A stretch of DNA of 64,000 bases, taken from positions 384,001 to 448,000 of the forward strand of contig CAVSGG010000008.1 in NCBI GenBank assembly GCA_963727455.1. The letters run 5' to 3'. The notes below the pieces were generated by a model. The model was not told the origin of the DNA. It saw only the letters and a list, made by a program, of their open reading frames with translations, and made no database searches. This DNA comes from Candidatus Krumholzibacteriota bacterium. Its GTDB lineage: Bacteria; Krumholzibacteriota; Krumholzibacteriia; JAJRXK01. The position numbers and the translations under genes were made by a program. Position 1 is the first letter of the stretch. Each line of letters starts with the position of its first letter. Below are positions 29,682-38,881 of the stretch, one piece after another.

Positions 29682-30329
29682 TCAAGCCTTGCTGCGCAGC
29701 ATCGCCCTGGCCCATGCGTGCCGGTGCGGGGGCCCATCTCCATGACGATGCTCCTCCCCCAGAGCTTCCTCGTGGTGCAGCACTTGGTAGCCGCTGAAGA
29801 GCCGCGAGAGTTCCCCTGGCAGCAGGAAAGTGCGGCGGCTCCCCTCTGCGTCGAGGAAGCTGTTGCTGCCGTCGGAGGTCCATTCGGAGGCGATGCGCGC
29901 GTAGGATGGATCTGCGGTGGTAAACGCGCTCACCACCACAACACCTGAGGGGGCGAGCCATCCATCGACTCTCTGCCTCAAGAGCTGGAGATCGTGGCGC
30001 GAGAGAATGGGAATCAGTCCCAGGACGAGCACCGCTTGAAAGCTCGCCTCCTCGGCCACGAACTCCTGGAATGTGCCCGCGTGGACACCGATCTCGAGTC
30101 CCTCACGCGCTGCCAGCTCCTGCACCATCGCACGCGCGGGCTCGGAAGGCTCGATCCCCTCGACGCGAAATCCCCTGCGCGCCAGCCAGAGCGCGTTGCG
30201 CCCTTGCCCCATCCCCAAATCCAAAACGGAACACGCCGGTTCGAGCGCACCCAAATGGGCGAAAAGAAATTCATCCGGCTCCGCGCCGAAATAGCGATCA
30301 CTCGCCCTGTAAGCGGCATCGTAGGACAT
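29682..30329 (-). CDS. Class I SAM-dependent methyltransferase (TehB-like)
   Basis: VLDLGMGQGRNALWLARRG, His-rich C-terminus HRHGDGPPHRH. Start MSYDAAY. Confidence 0.88.
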   Translation of the reverse strand: MSYDAAYRASDRYFGAEPDEFLFAHLGALEPACSVLDLGMGQGRNALWLARRGFRVEGIEPSEPARAMVQELAAREGLEIGVHAGTFQEFVAEEASFQAVLVLGLIPILSRHDLQLLRQRVDGWLAPSGVVVVSAFTTADPSYARIASEWTSDGSNSFLDAEGSRRTFLLPGELSRLFSGYQVLHHEEALGEEHRHGDGPPHRHAWARAMLRSKA

Positions 30330-30473
30330 CAGGTGCTCCCGGAATTCAAGGAGGTGTTTTAGTTCTGCCAGGGAACGCATTGACCATAGCAGATTCAGAG
30401 GCCATGATGCGCCAGAGCAGAGCGAGCACCCTGAGATCGAACGGAATCGCGCTTGCAACTGGACGGGGGAATC

Positions 30474-31823
30474 ATGGATCCGAAAAAGGCACTCCTGCAG
30501 ATCGTGATGGTTCTGATAGCGATCCTGGCCGGGATCGGCTTTCTCATTCTCAGGCAGAGAGTCCCTCCCGTCACGGCCCGTTTCGATCCACTTCCCGTCG
30601 CCCTGGGCAACTCCCAAGAGCTCACTCTGCAGCTCGACGCCGCCCGAGGCGGTGTGCGCTCGGTGCGAGTGGAACTCGTCCAGGCCGATCGTACGCTTCC
30701 GCTCTACGAGGCGAGTTTCGACTCCTCGGGTATCGATCAGCGCCGGCTCAGCTTCAAAGTGCAGCCAGGACTACAAAATGCGCGCGAGGGAGACAGCCGG
30801 CTGCAGGTCTACGCCAGCGACGGGTTCTGGCGCCTGAAGCCGGTGGACAAGAAGCCTGTTCTGAGCGTCCCGGTCGTGGTGGACCTGACTCCTCCCAAGT
30901 TGGAGATCCTCTCCTTCACGCGCTACGTCTCGCAGGGTGGGGCCGCGGTGGCCGTGCTCGGCAGCTCAGACGCAGAGAACATCGGGGTCGAAATCCAAGG
31001 CCATTTCTATCCCGCGAGCCCGGCTGGTGATCCGGCCAAGGGACTCCACGTATGCTTCTTCGCGATCCCCTACGACCAACCCCCCGATGAGAGCCCGGTG
31101 GCGGTGAGCGTGGACGCGGCGGGCAACCGCACCACGAGAATCCTCTCCACCGTGATCGCGAAGCGCGAATTCAAGCACGGAAGTGTCACCCTGAAGCGAG
31201 AGTTTCTTGCCTCCAAGCTACCCGAACTCTTGCCGCAGCGGGGAGAGATCGCGCCCGAGGATTACGGCGAGGCCTTCAAGTACGTCAGTACCGTCCTGCG
31301 CGCGAAGGCCGAAAACACCATGCGTCAGTTGGCAAAGCAGACCGCGCAGCATCCCCTTTGGAAGGGCGCCTTCTTGCAGCCTCCGAACACGCGCGTGTTC
31401 TCCAATTTCGATGAGACGCGCGACTACTCCTACGACGGGGTCGCGCTGGATACCAAGGTACACGCCGGTTTTGATCTGGCTTCGGTAAAACGAGCTCCCG
31501 TGCCCGCCGCGGCATCCGGACACGTTCTCTTCGCAGATGACCTCGGCATCTACGGCAACACGATCCTCATCGATCACGGCCTAGGACTTCAGACAGCCTA
31601 CAGCCATCTCTCGGAAATGAGCGTCTCTGTGGGGCAGGAGGTGGAGCGTGGTGAAACGATCGGCCGCACCGGTACCACGGGACTCGCCGTCGGCGACCAT
31701 CTACACTACGAGGTCCTCGTCGGAGGAACCCCGGTCAATCCGCTGCAATGGTGGGACGCGAAGTGGATCGACGGGAAGGTCAGAAAGGTGCTCGAAGAGG
31801 GTGGATTGGAGCTGGGAATCTGA
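30474..31823 (+). CDS. M23 family metallopeptidase, membrane anchored
   Basis: HAGFD (HxxxD), YGNTILIDHG, YSHLS, GDHLHY; N-terminal TM. Confidence 0.93.
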   Translation: MDPKKALLQIVMVLIAILAGIGFLILRQRVPPVTARFDPLPVALGNSQELTLQLDAARGGVRSVRVELVQADRTLPLYEASFDSSGIDQRRLSFKVQPGLQNAREGDSRLQVYASDGFWRLKPVDKKPVLSVPVVVDLTPPKLEILSFTRYVSQGGAAVAVLGSSDAENIGVEIQGHFYPASPAGDPAKGLHVCFFAIPYDQPPDESPVAVSVDAAGNRTTRILSTVIAKREFKHGSVTLKREFLASKLPELLPQRGEIAPEDYGEAFKYVSTVLRAKAENTMRQLAKQTAQHPLWKGAFLQPPNTRVFSNFDETRDYSYDGVALDTKVHAGFDLASVKRAPVPAAASGHVLFADDLGIYGNTILIDHGLGLQTAYSHLSEMSVSVGQEVERGETIGRTGTTGLAVGDHLHYEVLVGGTPVNPLQWWDAKWIDGKVRKVLEEGGLELGI

Positions 31824-31955
31824 GCGAAACGCCCCTCGTTTCGCCCTGCAGCCGCGCCTTTTAAATCGCGAAAAAAACTTGCCTTCTGCCCCTCCACTAC
31901 CTTCTTTCAGGCCAAGATTCCCCCTTGGCTTAGGGTCGCATTTGGAGGATATGAC

Positions 31956-32138
31956 ATGCCTGCGACAGTAGATCAGGACCTGTGTGAGGGTTGCGAAGAT
32001 TGCGTGGACACCTGCCCGGTTGAGGCCATCACAGTGACGGACGGCAAGGCTGAAGTGGACGCTGACGAGTGCACGGAGTGCCAAGCCTGTATCGATCCCT
32101 GTCCCACTGACGCGATCTCCATGATCGAGGAAGACTGA
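31956..32138 (+). CDS. 2[4Fe-4S] ferredoxin
   Basis: Two CxxCxxCxxxCP motifs, acidic composition, GGAGG RBS. Confidence 0.95.
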   Translation: MPATVDQDLCEGCEDCVDTCPVEAITVTDGKAEVDADECTECQACIDPCPTDAISMIEED

Positions 32139-32183
32139 GCGACCTAGGCAAGACCGCTCCTTTGGCGCGGAGGAAGGTTGCCC

Positions 32184-32441
32184 ATGGAAAAGTTCGAGAA
32201 CCATGTCCTTTCGGCGTGGGAATGGCGAACCCTCTCGCGTCTGCGAGAGGTTCCGGAGGGACCGCTCCGCCAGAAGCTCTTGGATCTTCTGAATGAACTC
32301 GTCGCCTTCGTGCGGGAGCCCCGTTGCTCCCAGGTTCAGGCCGATGGAGTTCCCTGCGGAGCTGTCGAAGCGGATTGCGAAGAGTGTCTGAAGGTCAACG
32401 AGCTGCTGGACACTCTGCACGGATCACTGCAGCGACCCTGA
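32184..32441 (+). CDS. Small hypothetical protein with four Cys (C-X9-C-X6-CxxC)
   Basis: ORF with RBS directly downstream of the ferredoxin; PRCSQVQADGVPCGAVEADCEEC. Confidence 0.7.
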   Translation: MEKFENHVLSAWEWRTLSRLREVPEGPLRQKLLDLLNELVAFVREPRCSQVQADGVPCGAVEADCEECLKVNELLDTLHGSLQRP

Positions 32442-32537
32442 GTTCACCGTCTCTTCTCAGAGTATGGTGTTCTCGGTCCCCCAGGCGGGGTACGCTTTCG
32501 CGGCGTGCCCCGTTGTCGCTTCGAGGTGGGCGGTTTG

Positions 32538-33362
32538 ATGTCGCCCCGGAATGAAGACCGCACCATGTCCATCCACGAGACCCAGTTCTACGAGGATCCC
32601 CTCGTCTACGACATCCTGCACGCGCCATCCACCGGCGAGGAATGCCGAGTCTTGGAGGAGCTTTTCCAGCGCCACGTGGCAAGAGAGGGAGTCCGGGGAC
32701 GCTGGCTGGAGCCCGCCTGCGGATCGGGACGCTTCCTGCGCGTGCTGGGCGGCAGAGGACGACGGATCCTCGGCTTCGATCAGAATCATGCGATGATCGA
32801 GTACGCCAGGAGGCGCATCGAGAGGCTCCATCTGAGCCACCGAGCGCGCGTCTTCGTCTCCACGATGGAGTCCTTCGCGACGCGAGTTCCGGCGGGAAGC
32901 ATCGCCTTCGCGTTCAACACCATCAATACAATTCGTCATCTGGATTCGGACAGGGCCTTTCTCGCGCACTTCTCCGAGATGGCACGCGTACTCGCTCCCG
33001 GTGGAGTTTACGTGGTGGGTATGAGTCTCAGCGCCTACGGCGAAGAGGAGCCGAGCGAGGACGTCTGGGAGGGTCGGCGCGGCAAATGCCGGGTACATCA
33101 GCTGGTGCAGTATCTCCCGCCCGAGCCCGGTAGCCGAGGATCACGAGCGGAACAGGTCCTCTCGCATCTCACGATCGAAAGACCAACCCGCATCGAGCAC
33201 CGAGACTACCGCTATGCACTGCGCTGCTACGACAAAAAGCAGTGGCACGCACTGATTCGTAAATCCGCGCTCAGGATCGTGGAAGTAACGAGTGACGAGG
33301 GTAGTGCTATGCGGGATTTCGGCGGGAGCTACTTTCTCTACCTGCTGAAGCAGCGAGGCTGA
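32538..33362 (+). CDS. Class I SAM-dependent methyltransferase
   Basis: WLEPACGSGRFL motif I, RVLAPGGVYVVG. Start at 32538 or 32565. Confidence 0.88.
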   Translation: MSPRNEDRTMSIHETQFYEDPLVYDILHAPSTGEECRVLEELFQRHVAREGVRGRWLEPACGSGRFLRVLGGRGRRILGFDQNHAMIEYARRRIERLHLSHRARVFVSTMESFATRVPAGSIAFAFNTINTIRHLDSDRAFLAHFSEMARVLAPGGVYVVGMSLSAYGEEEPSEDVWEGRRGKCRVHQLVQYLPPEPGSRGSRAEQVLSHLTIERPTRIEHRDYRYALRCYDKKQWHALIRKSALRIVEVTSDEGSAMRDFGGSYFLYLLKQRG

Positions 33363-33396
33363 GCGTGCTCTGGATTTCGACTCCCGTCACCGCTCT

Positions 33397-33765
33397 CTAG
33401 GTGGTCTGCTCGACCGTCAGGTTGAAGCGTTCCACTTCGCGCACTTCCATTTCTCCCAAACCGACTTCCTGTTCGAGATACAACAGAACGCGGTGGGGAT
33501 CGACGTCCCCGCAGGTGAAGATGTCCAGCGCGATGAGCCCCAGGTTCGCATAGCTGTGGGCGGAGACGTGGCTCTCGTCCAACATGCAAATTGCCGCGAA
33601 GCCGGGAGGAGAGTCTTGACCAAATCGATAGCGAAGCTGCGAAATGACGTTCGCTCCCGCTCGGTCGGCCGAGCGCGCCATTGCCTCGAGAAAGCTCTTG
33701 TCGTCAAGACAGATCGACTCCGGAACACCCCGGCAGTCGACGAGCAAATGTCTTCCTTTGTGCAC
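33397..33765 (-). CDS. speD: Pyruvoyl-dependent S-adenosylmethionine decarboxylase family proenzyme
   Basis: GRHLLVD, LDE|SH autocleavage site, DIFTCG. GTG start at 33765 after AAGGAG. Confidence 0.85.
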   Translation of the reverse strand: MHKGRHLLVDCRGVPESICLDDKSFLEAMARSADRAGANVISQLRYRFGQDSPPGFAAICMLDESHVSAHSYANLGLIALDIFTCGDVDPHRVLLYLEQEVGLGEMEVREVERFNLTVEQTT

Positions 33766-33960
33766 TCGGGAACTCCTTGAGATCTCCAAGTCCAGCTGGC
33801 GTCCAAACGCCCCCAGCGGAGTTCTTCCCCCACTTTGGTACGCCGGTACGGGAACGGGACAAATTATAGAATTTAGCAAGGCCGCCGCACGAGTTTTTCG
33901 CCCCTGAGTGCGTTTTTTCCAAAGAACGGCTCTGCCAGCCCAAACGGGGCCATTTCCGAC

Positions 33961-35211
33961 TCAGTGAAGCTCGCTGTCTACCCCTGCCTCCCCCTCCGTC
34001 GTGGCAATGATCGCCGCGCCGCAGGAGTCGCTGGTCACGTTGACCATGGTGCGCAGCATGTCCAGGGGGCGGTCGATGGCCAGCATGGTTCCCACGATCA
34101 GGCCCACCTGAGGGCCCTTCAGATGGATGGCGTCGGTGATGATGAAGATCATCACCAGACCGGCCGAGGGGATCCCTGCCGCGCCGATGCTGGCCAAAAG
34201 AGCGGTGACCACCACGACGAGCTGAGAGTGAAAATCGAGAGGGATCCCCATCACTTGGGCGATGAAGATGACACCCACACACTCGTAAAGGGCCGTGCCA
34301 TCCATATTGATGGTTGCGCCCATGGGCAGGACGAAGGACGACACCCGATTGCTCACGCCAACCTTCTCCTCCACGCAGCGCAGAGTCACCGGGAGAGTGG
34401 CCGAAGACGAGGAGGTCGAAAACGCCATGAGCATGGCCTCGGACATGTTCCTGTAGTGAAGGTGCGGCCTGAGCCGGCCCACGAATTTCAGCAATAGAGG
34501 CAGGGTGAGGAAGAGATGGATGGTGAGACCCAAGACGATGGTGAGCATGTACAGACCGAGAGAACTCAAGGCACTCAGTCCGGATCGCGCCGCCGCTGTC
34601 GTGATCAAGCCGAGCACTCCCAGAGGAGCCAGGCGAATGATGCCCGCGGTAATCACCATCATGAGCTCGAACGCGGCGTCCACGAATCCGCCAAGAGTTT
34701 CGCGCTCCTTTCTCGGCAGTCCCAGAATGCCCACACCACAGAGAATCGAGAAGAAGATGATCGCGAGCATGTCTCCGTTCGCCATGGCCGCCACCGGATT
34801 GGTGGGAATGAGGCGATAGAATATCTCGGTCAGGCTGCCGGGAGTCTGGAGGGTGGGAAGCGCGCTCGAAGCCGCCTGGCCTAGATCTGCCCCCACTCCC
34901 GGCTTGATGAGGTTCACCAACACGAGCCCGGTGAGGACCGCGACGAGGCTGGTGGAGATGTAGTAGACGAGGGTCTTGATCGAGAGACGCCCGAGTTTGG
35001 CGCCTGCCCCGGCCGAGATGACTCCGGAGATGATGCTGGTGAAGATCAAAGGGACGATCACCATGCGCAACAGGCGCACGAACATGGTGCCCATCCATCC
35101 CACCCAGGAAACCGCTCCCTCAGAGAAAAACACTCCGAGAACCGCGCCCACGAGCATGGCGGCGAAGACCTGATTGTGCAGCTTTTTGTACCAGGGATGC
35201 GGGTTGGTCAT
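33961..35211 (-). CDS. Dicarboxylate/amino acid:cation symporter (DAACS)
   Basis: AFSTSSSSATLP, GATINMDGTAL, DMLRTMVNVTSD. Confidence 0.95.
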   Translation of the reverse strand: MTNPHPWYKKLHNQVFAAMLVGAVLGVFFSEGAVSWVGWMGTMFVRLLRMVIVPLIFTSIISGVISAGAGAKLGRLSIKTLVYYISTSLVAVLTGLVLVNLIKPGVGADLGQAASSALPTLQTPGSLTEIFYRLIPTNPVAAMANGDMLAIIFFSILCGVGILGLPRKERETLGGFVDAAFELMMVITAGIIRLAPLGVLGLITTAAARSGLSALSSLGLYMLTIVLGLTIHLFLTLPLLLKFVGRLRPHLHYRNMSEAMLMAFSTSSSSATLPVTLRCVEEKVGVSNRVSSFVLPMGATINMDGTALYECVGVIFIAQVMGIPLDFHSQLVVVVTALLASIGAAGIPSAGLVMIFIITDAIHLKGPQVGLIVGTMLAIDRPLDMLRTMVNVTSDSCGAAIIATTEGEAGVDSELH

Positions 35212-35253
35212 GGTCGATGGATCATGCCCATCCTTCGCCGCTTTGACAAGCGT

Positions 35254-36654
35254 CTACGCCCAGGGCCTTCCCCACTGGGCTGGAAGAAGCAGGGCGAAGA
35301 TACTTCCCTCTCCTTCGATGCTCTTCACCAAGAGCTCGCCGTTGATTTCCTTCACCAGCCTCCGGCAGCTCGCCAATCCCATGCCTGCGCCACGAACGCC
35401 CTTCAGGGGGGAATTGCTGGCCTGGGCGAAGGGCTCGAAGATGGACGTGAGTTCGTCCTTGGGGATCCCGATTCCCGAGTCGATGATCTCCAGCACCACG
35501 CACATGTCGCGCGCCGGGTGGGGTCCCGGCGGAGGACTCTCTCCGGGCAAGAAGATGGGAAGAAGCTGACGATCGCTGCAGCCGTCCAGGATCTCGCGGT
35601 ACAGTGGCAGGCGGTCGACCTGTGGCCTTGAGATCCACCATTCCCGCGAAGTTGCATAGCAGTGGACCGCAGCCCAGGGAAAGTCCTTGCGGGCATAGCT
35701 CTGCGCGTTCTGCAGAATGCCTTGCAGCACTGCCTTCACCTTCGCGGGATCCATGCGTACGTTGGCTTCGGGCTCGAAGAGATGCCCTTCGGCAATGTGG
35801 AATCCGCTGAGGTCCTGCTTGTAAAGCAGAGGACTCAGGACCTCGGAAATGAACTGGGGCTGTGTCATCGAGAGAAGTTCGGACGGCGGGTGCAGACCGT
35901 CATCTTCGGTGGAATCCGCCACCCGAAGCAGCGATTGCACCAGTTCGCTGAGCCGATCGACCGCCTCCTGGTGCATGTCGAAGAGCTCGACTTGCTTCTC
36001 GGGCTCCGCCTCCCGGGCGAGTTCGACTGCGCTCTTGGCCACCATGAGCGGTGTGTTGAACTCGTGGCTCACGTGGTCGAGAATCACTCTACGCAGTCGC
36101 TCGGCCTCTTCGATCTTCAGTTTCGCACGCAGCATGTGCTCGTAGGTGAGCGCGCGCTGGACCATCGTCCCGATCACCAGGCCCATGGCGGCCAGGACGC
36201 TCTCCTCGGCATCATCGAGACGTCGTCCGGGGATTCGGCCTCCCAAGAGAAGGAGCGCCACCGGACGCTTCGAGTCGCGCAGGTAGGCGGCATACTGGAA
36301 CTTTTTCAAGATTTCCGCCGGCATTCCCCACCAAGGGTCGATGTCGACCGTGCACGCGTTCCCCGACAACACCGACTCCATGGTCTCGGTATTGGGGATG
36401 GCCTCGGGCAGCTCCGTGCAGTCGACCCCCACCGCCTGGCAGATGCGGAAACGGGTGCGCCCGCCCGAGGGGAGATAGAGCGCCACCTGCTGCACCCGGA
36501 ATTGGCCTGCCACGGTGAGCAGCGAGAGCTTCGCGACTTGCTCGAGCTCCAGTGTGTTCCCCAGGGCCTTGATGAGTTCGAAGAGGGCCTCGAAGGAACG
36601 GCTTTGAAGCTGAAGACGCACGGACAACTCGTCCCTCGCGTGAAGGTCGGTCAT
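35254..36654 (-). CDS. Cytoplasmic GAF-like sensor histidine kinase
   Basis: H-box VSHEFNTPL, N-box ILQNA, G1 DSGIGI, F-box IFEPF, G2 GAGMGL. ATG at 36654 after GGAG. Confidence 0.9.
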   Translation of the reverse strand: MTDLHARDELSVRLQLQSRSFEALFELIKALGNTLELEQVAKLSLLTVAGQFRVQQVALYLPSGGRTRFRICQAVGVDCTELPEAIPNTETMESVLSGNACTVDIDPWWGMPAEILKKFQYAAYLRDSKRPVALLLLGGRIPGRRLDDAEESVLAAMGLVIGTMVQRALTYEHMLRAKLKIEEAERLRRVILDHVSHEFNTPLMVAKSAVELAREAEPEKQVELFDMHQEAVDRLSELVQSLLRVADSTEDDGLHPPSELLSMTQPQFISEVLSPLLYKQDLSGFHIAEGHLFEPEANVRMDPAKVKAVLQGILQNAQSYARKDFPWAAVHCYATSREWWISRPQVDRLPLYREILDGCSDRQLLPIFLPGESPPPGPHPARDMCVVLEIIDSGIGIPKDELTSIFEPFAQASNSPLKGVRGAGMGLASCRRLVKEINGELLVKSIEGEGSIFALLLPAQWGRPWA

Positions 36655-37403
36655 CGCTCCACCTTCTTGAAGAAGCCCACTCGGTTCCCCGAGCCGTCGA
36701 AACTGTGTTCGTAATGATCGAGCAAACCGCAGAACCAGCCCGCTTCTACCGAAGAGCGTCCGCAGCGTGTGGTGGATTCTGGATTGAGATGCGCTCCACC
36801 GAGGGAAGAGGGATCGAAGGGCGGTCCATCGTCGCTCATCCAGCCTTCGATGCCCTCGTCCCGAAAGCGCAAGGTGAGTTCGAGCAACTGCGCTACCTGG
36901 GGCGAGCTCTCGTCCCGCAGGGCCACGGCATGGTCCAGAAACTGAGAACCGATTTCGAAGAGAGCGGTGCGCAATTCGAAGAGGCTGGGATCCTCGTTGC
37001 CCCAGGTGGCCAGGATCATGACCAGGCCGGCGTCCAGCACCGCGCGGCTCTCGGCGTTCGCGGCCAGTTGCATCTCGTAGTAGGGCTTTCCCTCCTGCAT
37101 ACATCCCCGCAATTGCAGGGACGAGGTCCGACTCGCGCCGGCTCCCTGCCCCAGGGAGAAGGGCAAAGTTCCCAAACAGGCACGACACTTTCCGCGGCGT
37201 TCGGGGCCCATGTAAGCCTCCAGTTGGGTGATTCCGCCCTTGGAACTCGCGAAATGGAGCAGCACTCCGGAGAAGCCCAGGTCCAGAGCGACCTCGGCCA
37301 GCCTGGCGAAGTCCTCTCGCACACGGAGGGTATTTCCCGTCAGCGCGAGGAAGGATGCGGAACGCTGAGCCTCGTTGAAGGATTCGAGTAGGAGCATGAG
37401 CAC
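36651..37403 (-). CDS. Hypothetical protein with degenerate RsbW-like (HATPase_c_2) C-terminal domain
   Basis: FELRTALFE...DHA, SDDGPPFDP, LLDHYEH...GNRV pattern. ATGA overlap with the kinase gene. Confidence 0.6.
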   Translation of the reverse strand: MLMLLLESFNEAQRSASFLALTGNTLRVREDFARLAEVALDLGFSGVLLHFASSKGGITQLEAYMGPERRGKCRACLGTLPFSLGQGAGASRTSSLQLRGCMQEGKPYYEMQLAANAESRAVLDAGLVMILATWGNEDPSLFELRTALFEIGSQFLDHAVALRDESSPQVAQLLELTLRFRDEGIEGWMSDDGPPFDPSSLGGAHLNPESTTRCGRSSVEAGWFCGLLDHYEHSFDGSGNRVGFFKKVER

Positions 37404-37548
37404 TGGCCCGGCGGCTATTTTTTGGCCGCTGGCACCGGGGAAAAGGGTGTCGATCGCGCCACAGTGGGGCCCGATTGCCTCGGAAACCCCGTGCGCGCTC
37501 TCGGGTGTGCAAGACCTATTCCCCGATTGGTGGGTTCAGGCCCCAAAG

Positions 37549-37612
37549 GGAGGCGCCGCGGAACTCGATTCCCGCGACGCCTCCGGGAGCCGACCCCGCC
37601 GGTGCGGCTCCC
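37549..37612 (-). terminator. Tandem GC-rich hairpins downstream of the TPR gene (probable terminator or 3' stabiliser)
   Basis: GGAGGCG...CGCCTCC (37549-37584) and GGGAGCCG...CGGCTCCC (37585-37612). Only a short U tract follows. Confidence 0.45.
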
Positions 37613-37629
37613 CCACGCTGTGACGCGAG

Positions 37630-38634
37630 CTACCAGCCACCGATCAGAGAGTCGGCGCTGGTGGTAGCCACTCGAGTCTCGCTCCCTTGCTGCTCAGCCT
37701 GGAGCTCCTGGTAGGCCACCACCGCCCTCACCCGCTCAGCGCTCGTGCCCGCAGTATCATGTCCCAGCTCCAGAGCCTGCTCGTAGGACGCGACGGCCTC
37801 GGCCAGATGACCCAAATGTTCCTCCACCACGCCCAGGTTGTTCTGGAAGCTGGCGACATCGGGACGCAAGCTGATCGCCGTGCGCAGCGGTTGCTCGGCT
37901 TCCTCGAAGCGCGATTCCAGGATCCTCAGATAGGCCAGGTTGTTCCAGGCCCACGCGTGCTCGGGATCGAACTGAACCGCCTTGGTGAAAGCGGCTTCCG
38001 CTTCTGGACGATTTCCCTGCTCGAGCTCCACGCGGCCGAGGACCTCCCAGGCATCGGCATACTCCAGCTGCAGATCGAGCGCGGAATCCACGACTTCGCG
38101 CGCGGTCTGCGGTTCTTCAGCCGCCAGATATGCCCGCGCGAGATTCACCTGGTAGCGGGCCGCTTCCGGTTTCAACTCGACAGCGCGCTCCAATTCGCTC
38201 ACGGCAAGATCCGTCTCCTGGAGCTTCAGATAGCAGAGACCGAGGAGGTAGTGCCGGCCCGCGCGGTTCTCCTGCGCGCGCACCGCCCCTTCCAGTGCCC
38301 CCCGCGCTGCGGCGTAGTCGCCTTGTTCGTAGAGATCGCAGCCAGTCGGCCAGGCGTCTTCCTCGTCCTCGCTCGCCTCAGCGAGGGCGGACTCCTGGTC
38401 CGACGTGGCGCGGGACGGGCTTGCGTTCGAGTTCTTTGCCAGAGGCGCCGCGGTCGCGCCCTCCGGCCCCACGGCGAGCTTGGCCGCGTCCCTTGCCGGC
38501 TCGGGGCTTTGGGCCGCGCTCGCGGTGGCGGATTCGGGGGTGGTTGGGTCCGGCTCCTGGCTGGACTGGGTCAAGAAGATGAGGACGTAGACGATCAGGG
38601 CCGAGCCCAAGAGCGGAATGAGAGTCCATTTCAT
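37630..38634 (-). CDS. Membrane-anchored/exported TPR protein
   Basis: MKWTLIP after AAAGGA, N-terminal TM, Ala/Pro/Ser linker, about 6 TPR units (AWNNLAYL, FQNNLGVV). Confidence 0.88.
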   Translation of the reverse strand: MKWTLIPLLGSALIVYVLIFLTQSSQEPDPTTPESATASAAQSPEPARDAAKLAVGPEGATAAPLAKNSNASPSRATSDQESALAEASEDEEDAWPTGCDLYEQGDYAAARGALEGAVRAQENRAGRHYLLGLCYLKLQETDLAVSELERAVELKPEAARYQVNLARAYLAAEEPQTAREVVDSALDLQLEYADAWEVLGRVELEQGNRPEAEAAFTKAVQFDPEHAWAWNNLAYLRILESRFEEAEQPLRTAISLRPDVASFQNNLGVVEEHLGHLAEAVASYEQALELGHDTAGTSAERVRAVVAYQELQAEQQGSETRVATTSADSLIGGW

Positions 38635-38687
38635 GGTGGTGTCCTTTCGCTGAAGGCAGAGGGGAGAGTTCCCGGATTCTCCCCTTC

Positions 38688-38702
38688 GCAGTCTGCGCGC
38701 CA
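38688..38702 (-). promoter_or_regulatory. Sigma54 (-24/-12) promoter of the TPR gene
   Basis: Minus strand TGGCGCG-CAGA-CTGC (GG-N10-GC), with an AT-rich tract (38711-38754) upstream. Confidence 0.65.
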
Positions 38703-38772
38703 CCTCGAGTCACTTTTGTAACGTATTGTTTTGAAAGAAGCTACAGTGTTTTAACTGGAACAGGGGTCCAGG

Positions 38773-38862
38773 AATACCGTGTCACTCCAGACACGGAATT
38801 GCGGGCGATACGTCCAAGCGACGCAGTCCCAGGAGCTTGCGTAGTGTGTCAAAACAGACACA
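38773..38862. promoter_or_regulatory. Two GTGTC-N6-GACAC palindromes, putative enhancer (UAS) sites
   Basis: CCGTGTC-ACTCCA-GACACGG (38777-38796) and TGTGTC-AAAACA-GACACA (38845-38862). Confidence 0.65.
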
Positions 38863-38881
38863 GAACGAAGAGGGGACCCGC

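Noticed and set aside
36655-37512. N-terminal extension of the 752-aa histidine kinase ORF
   Set aside because: Low-complexity Arg/Gly translation overlapping the RsbW-like gene; RBS and ATG at 36654 are the better start.
38660-38685. Inverted repeat AGGGGAGA...TCTCCCCT as a leader RNA structure
   Set aside because: It straddles the predicted sigma54 TSS, so only one arm would be transcribed; role unclear.
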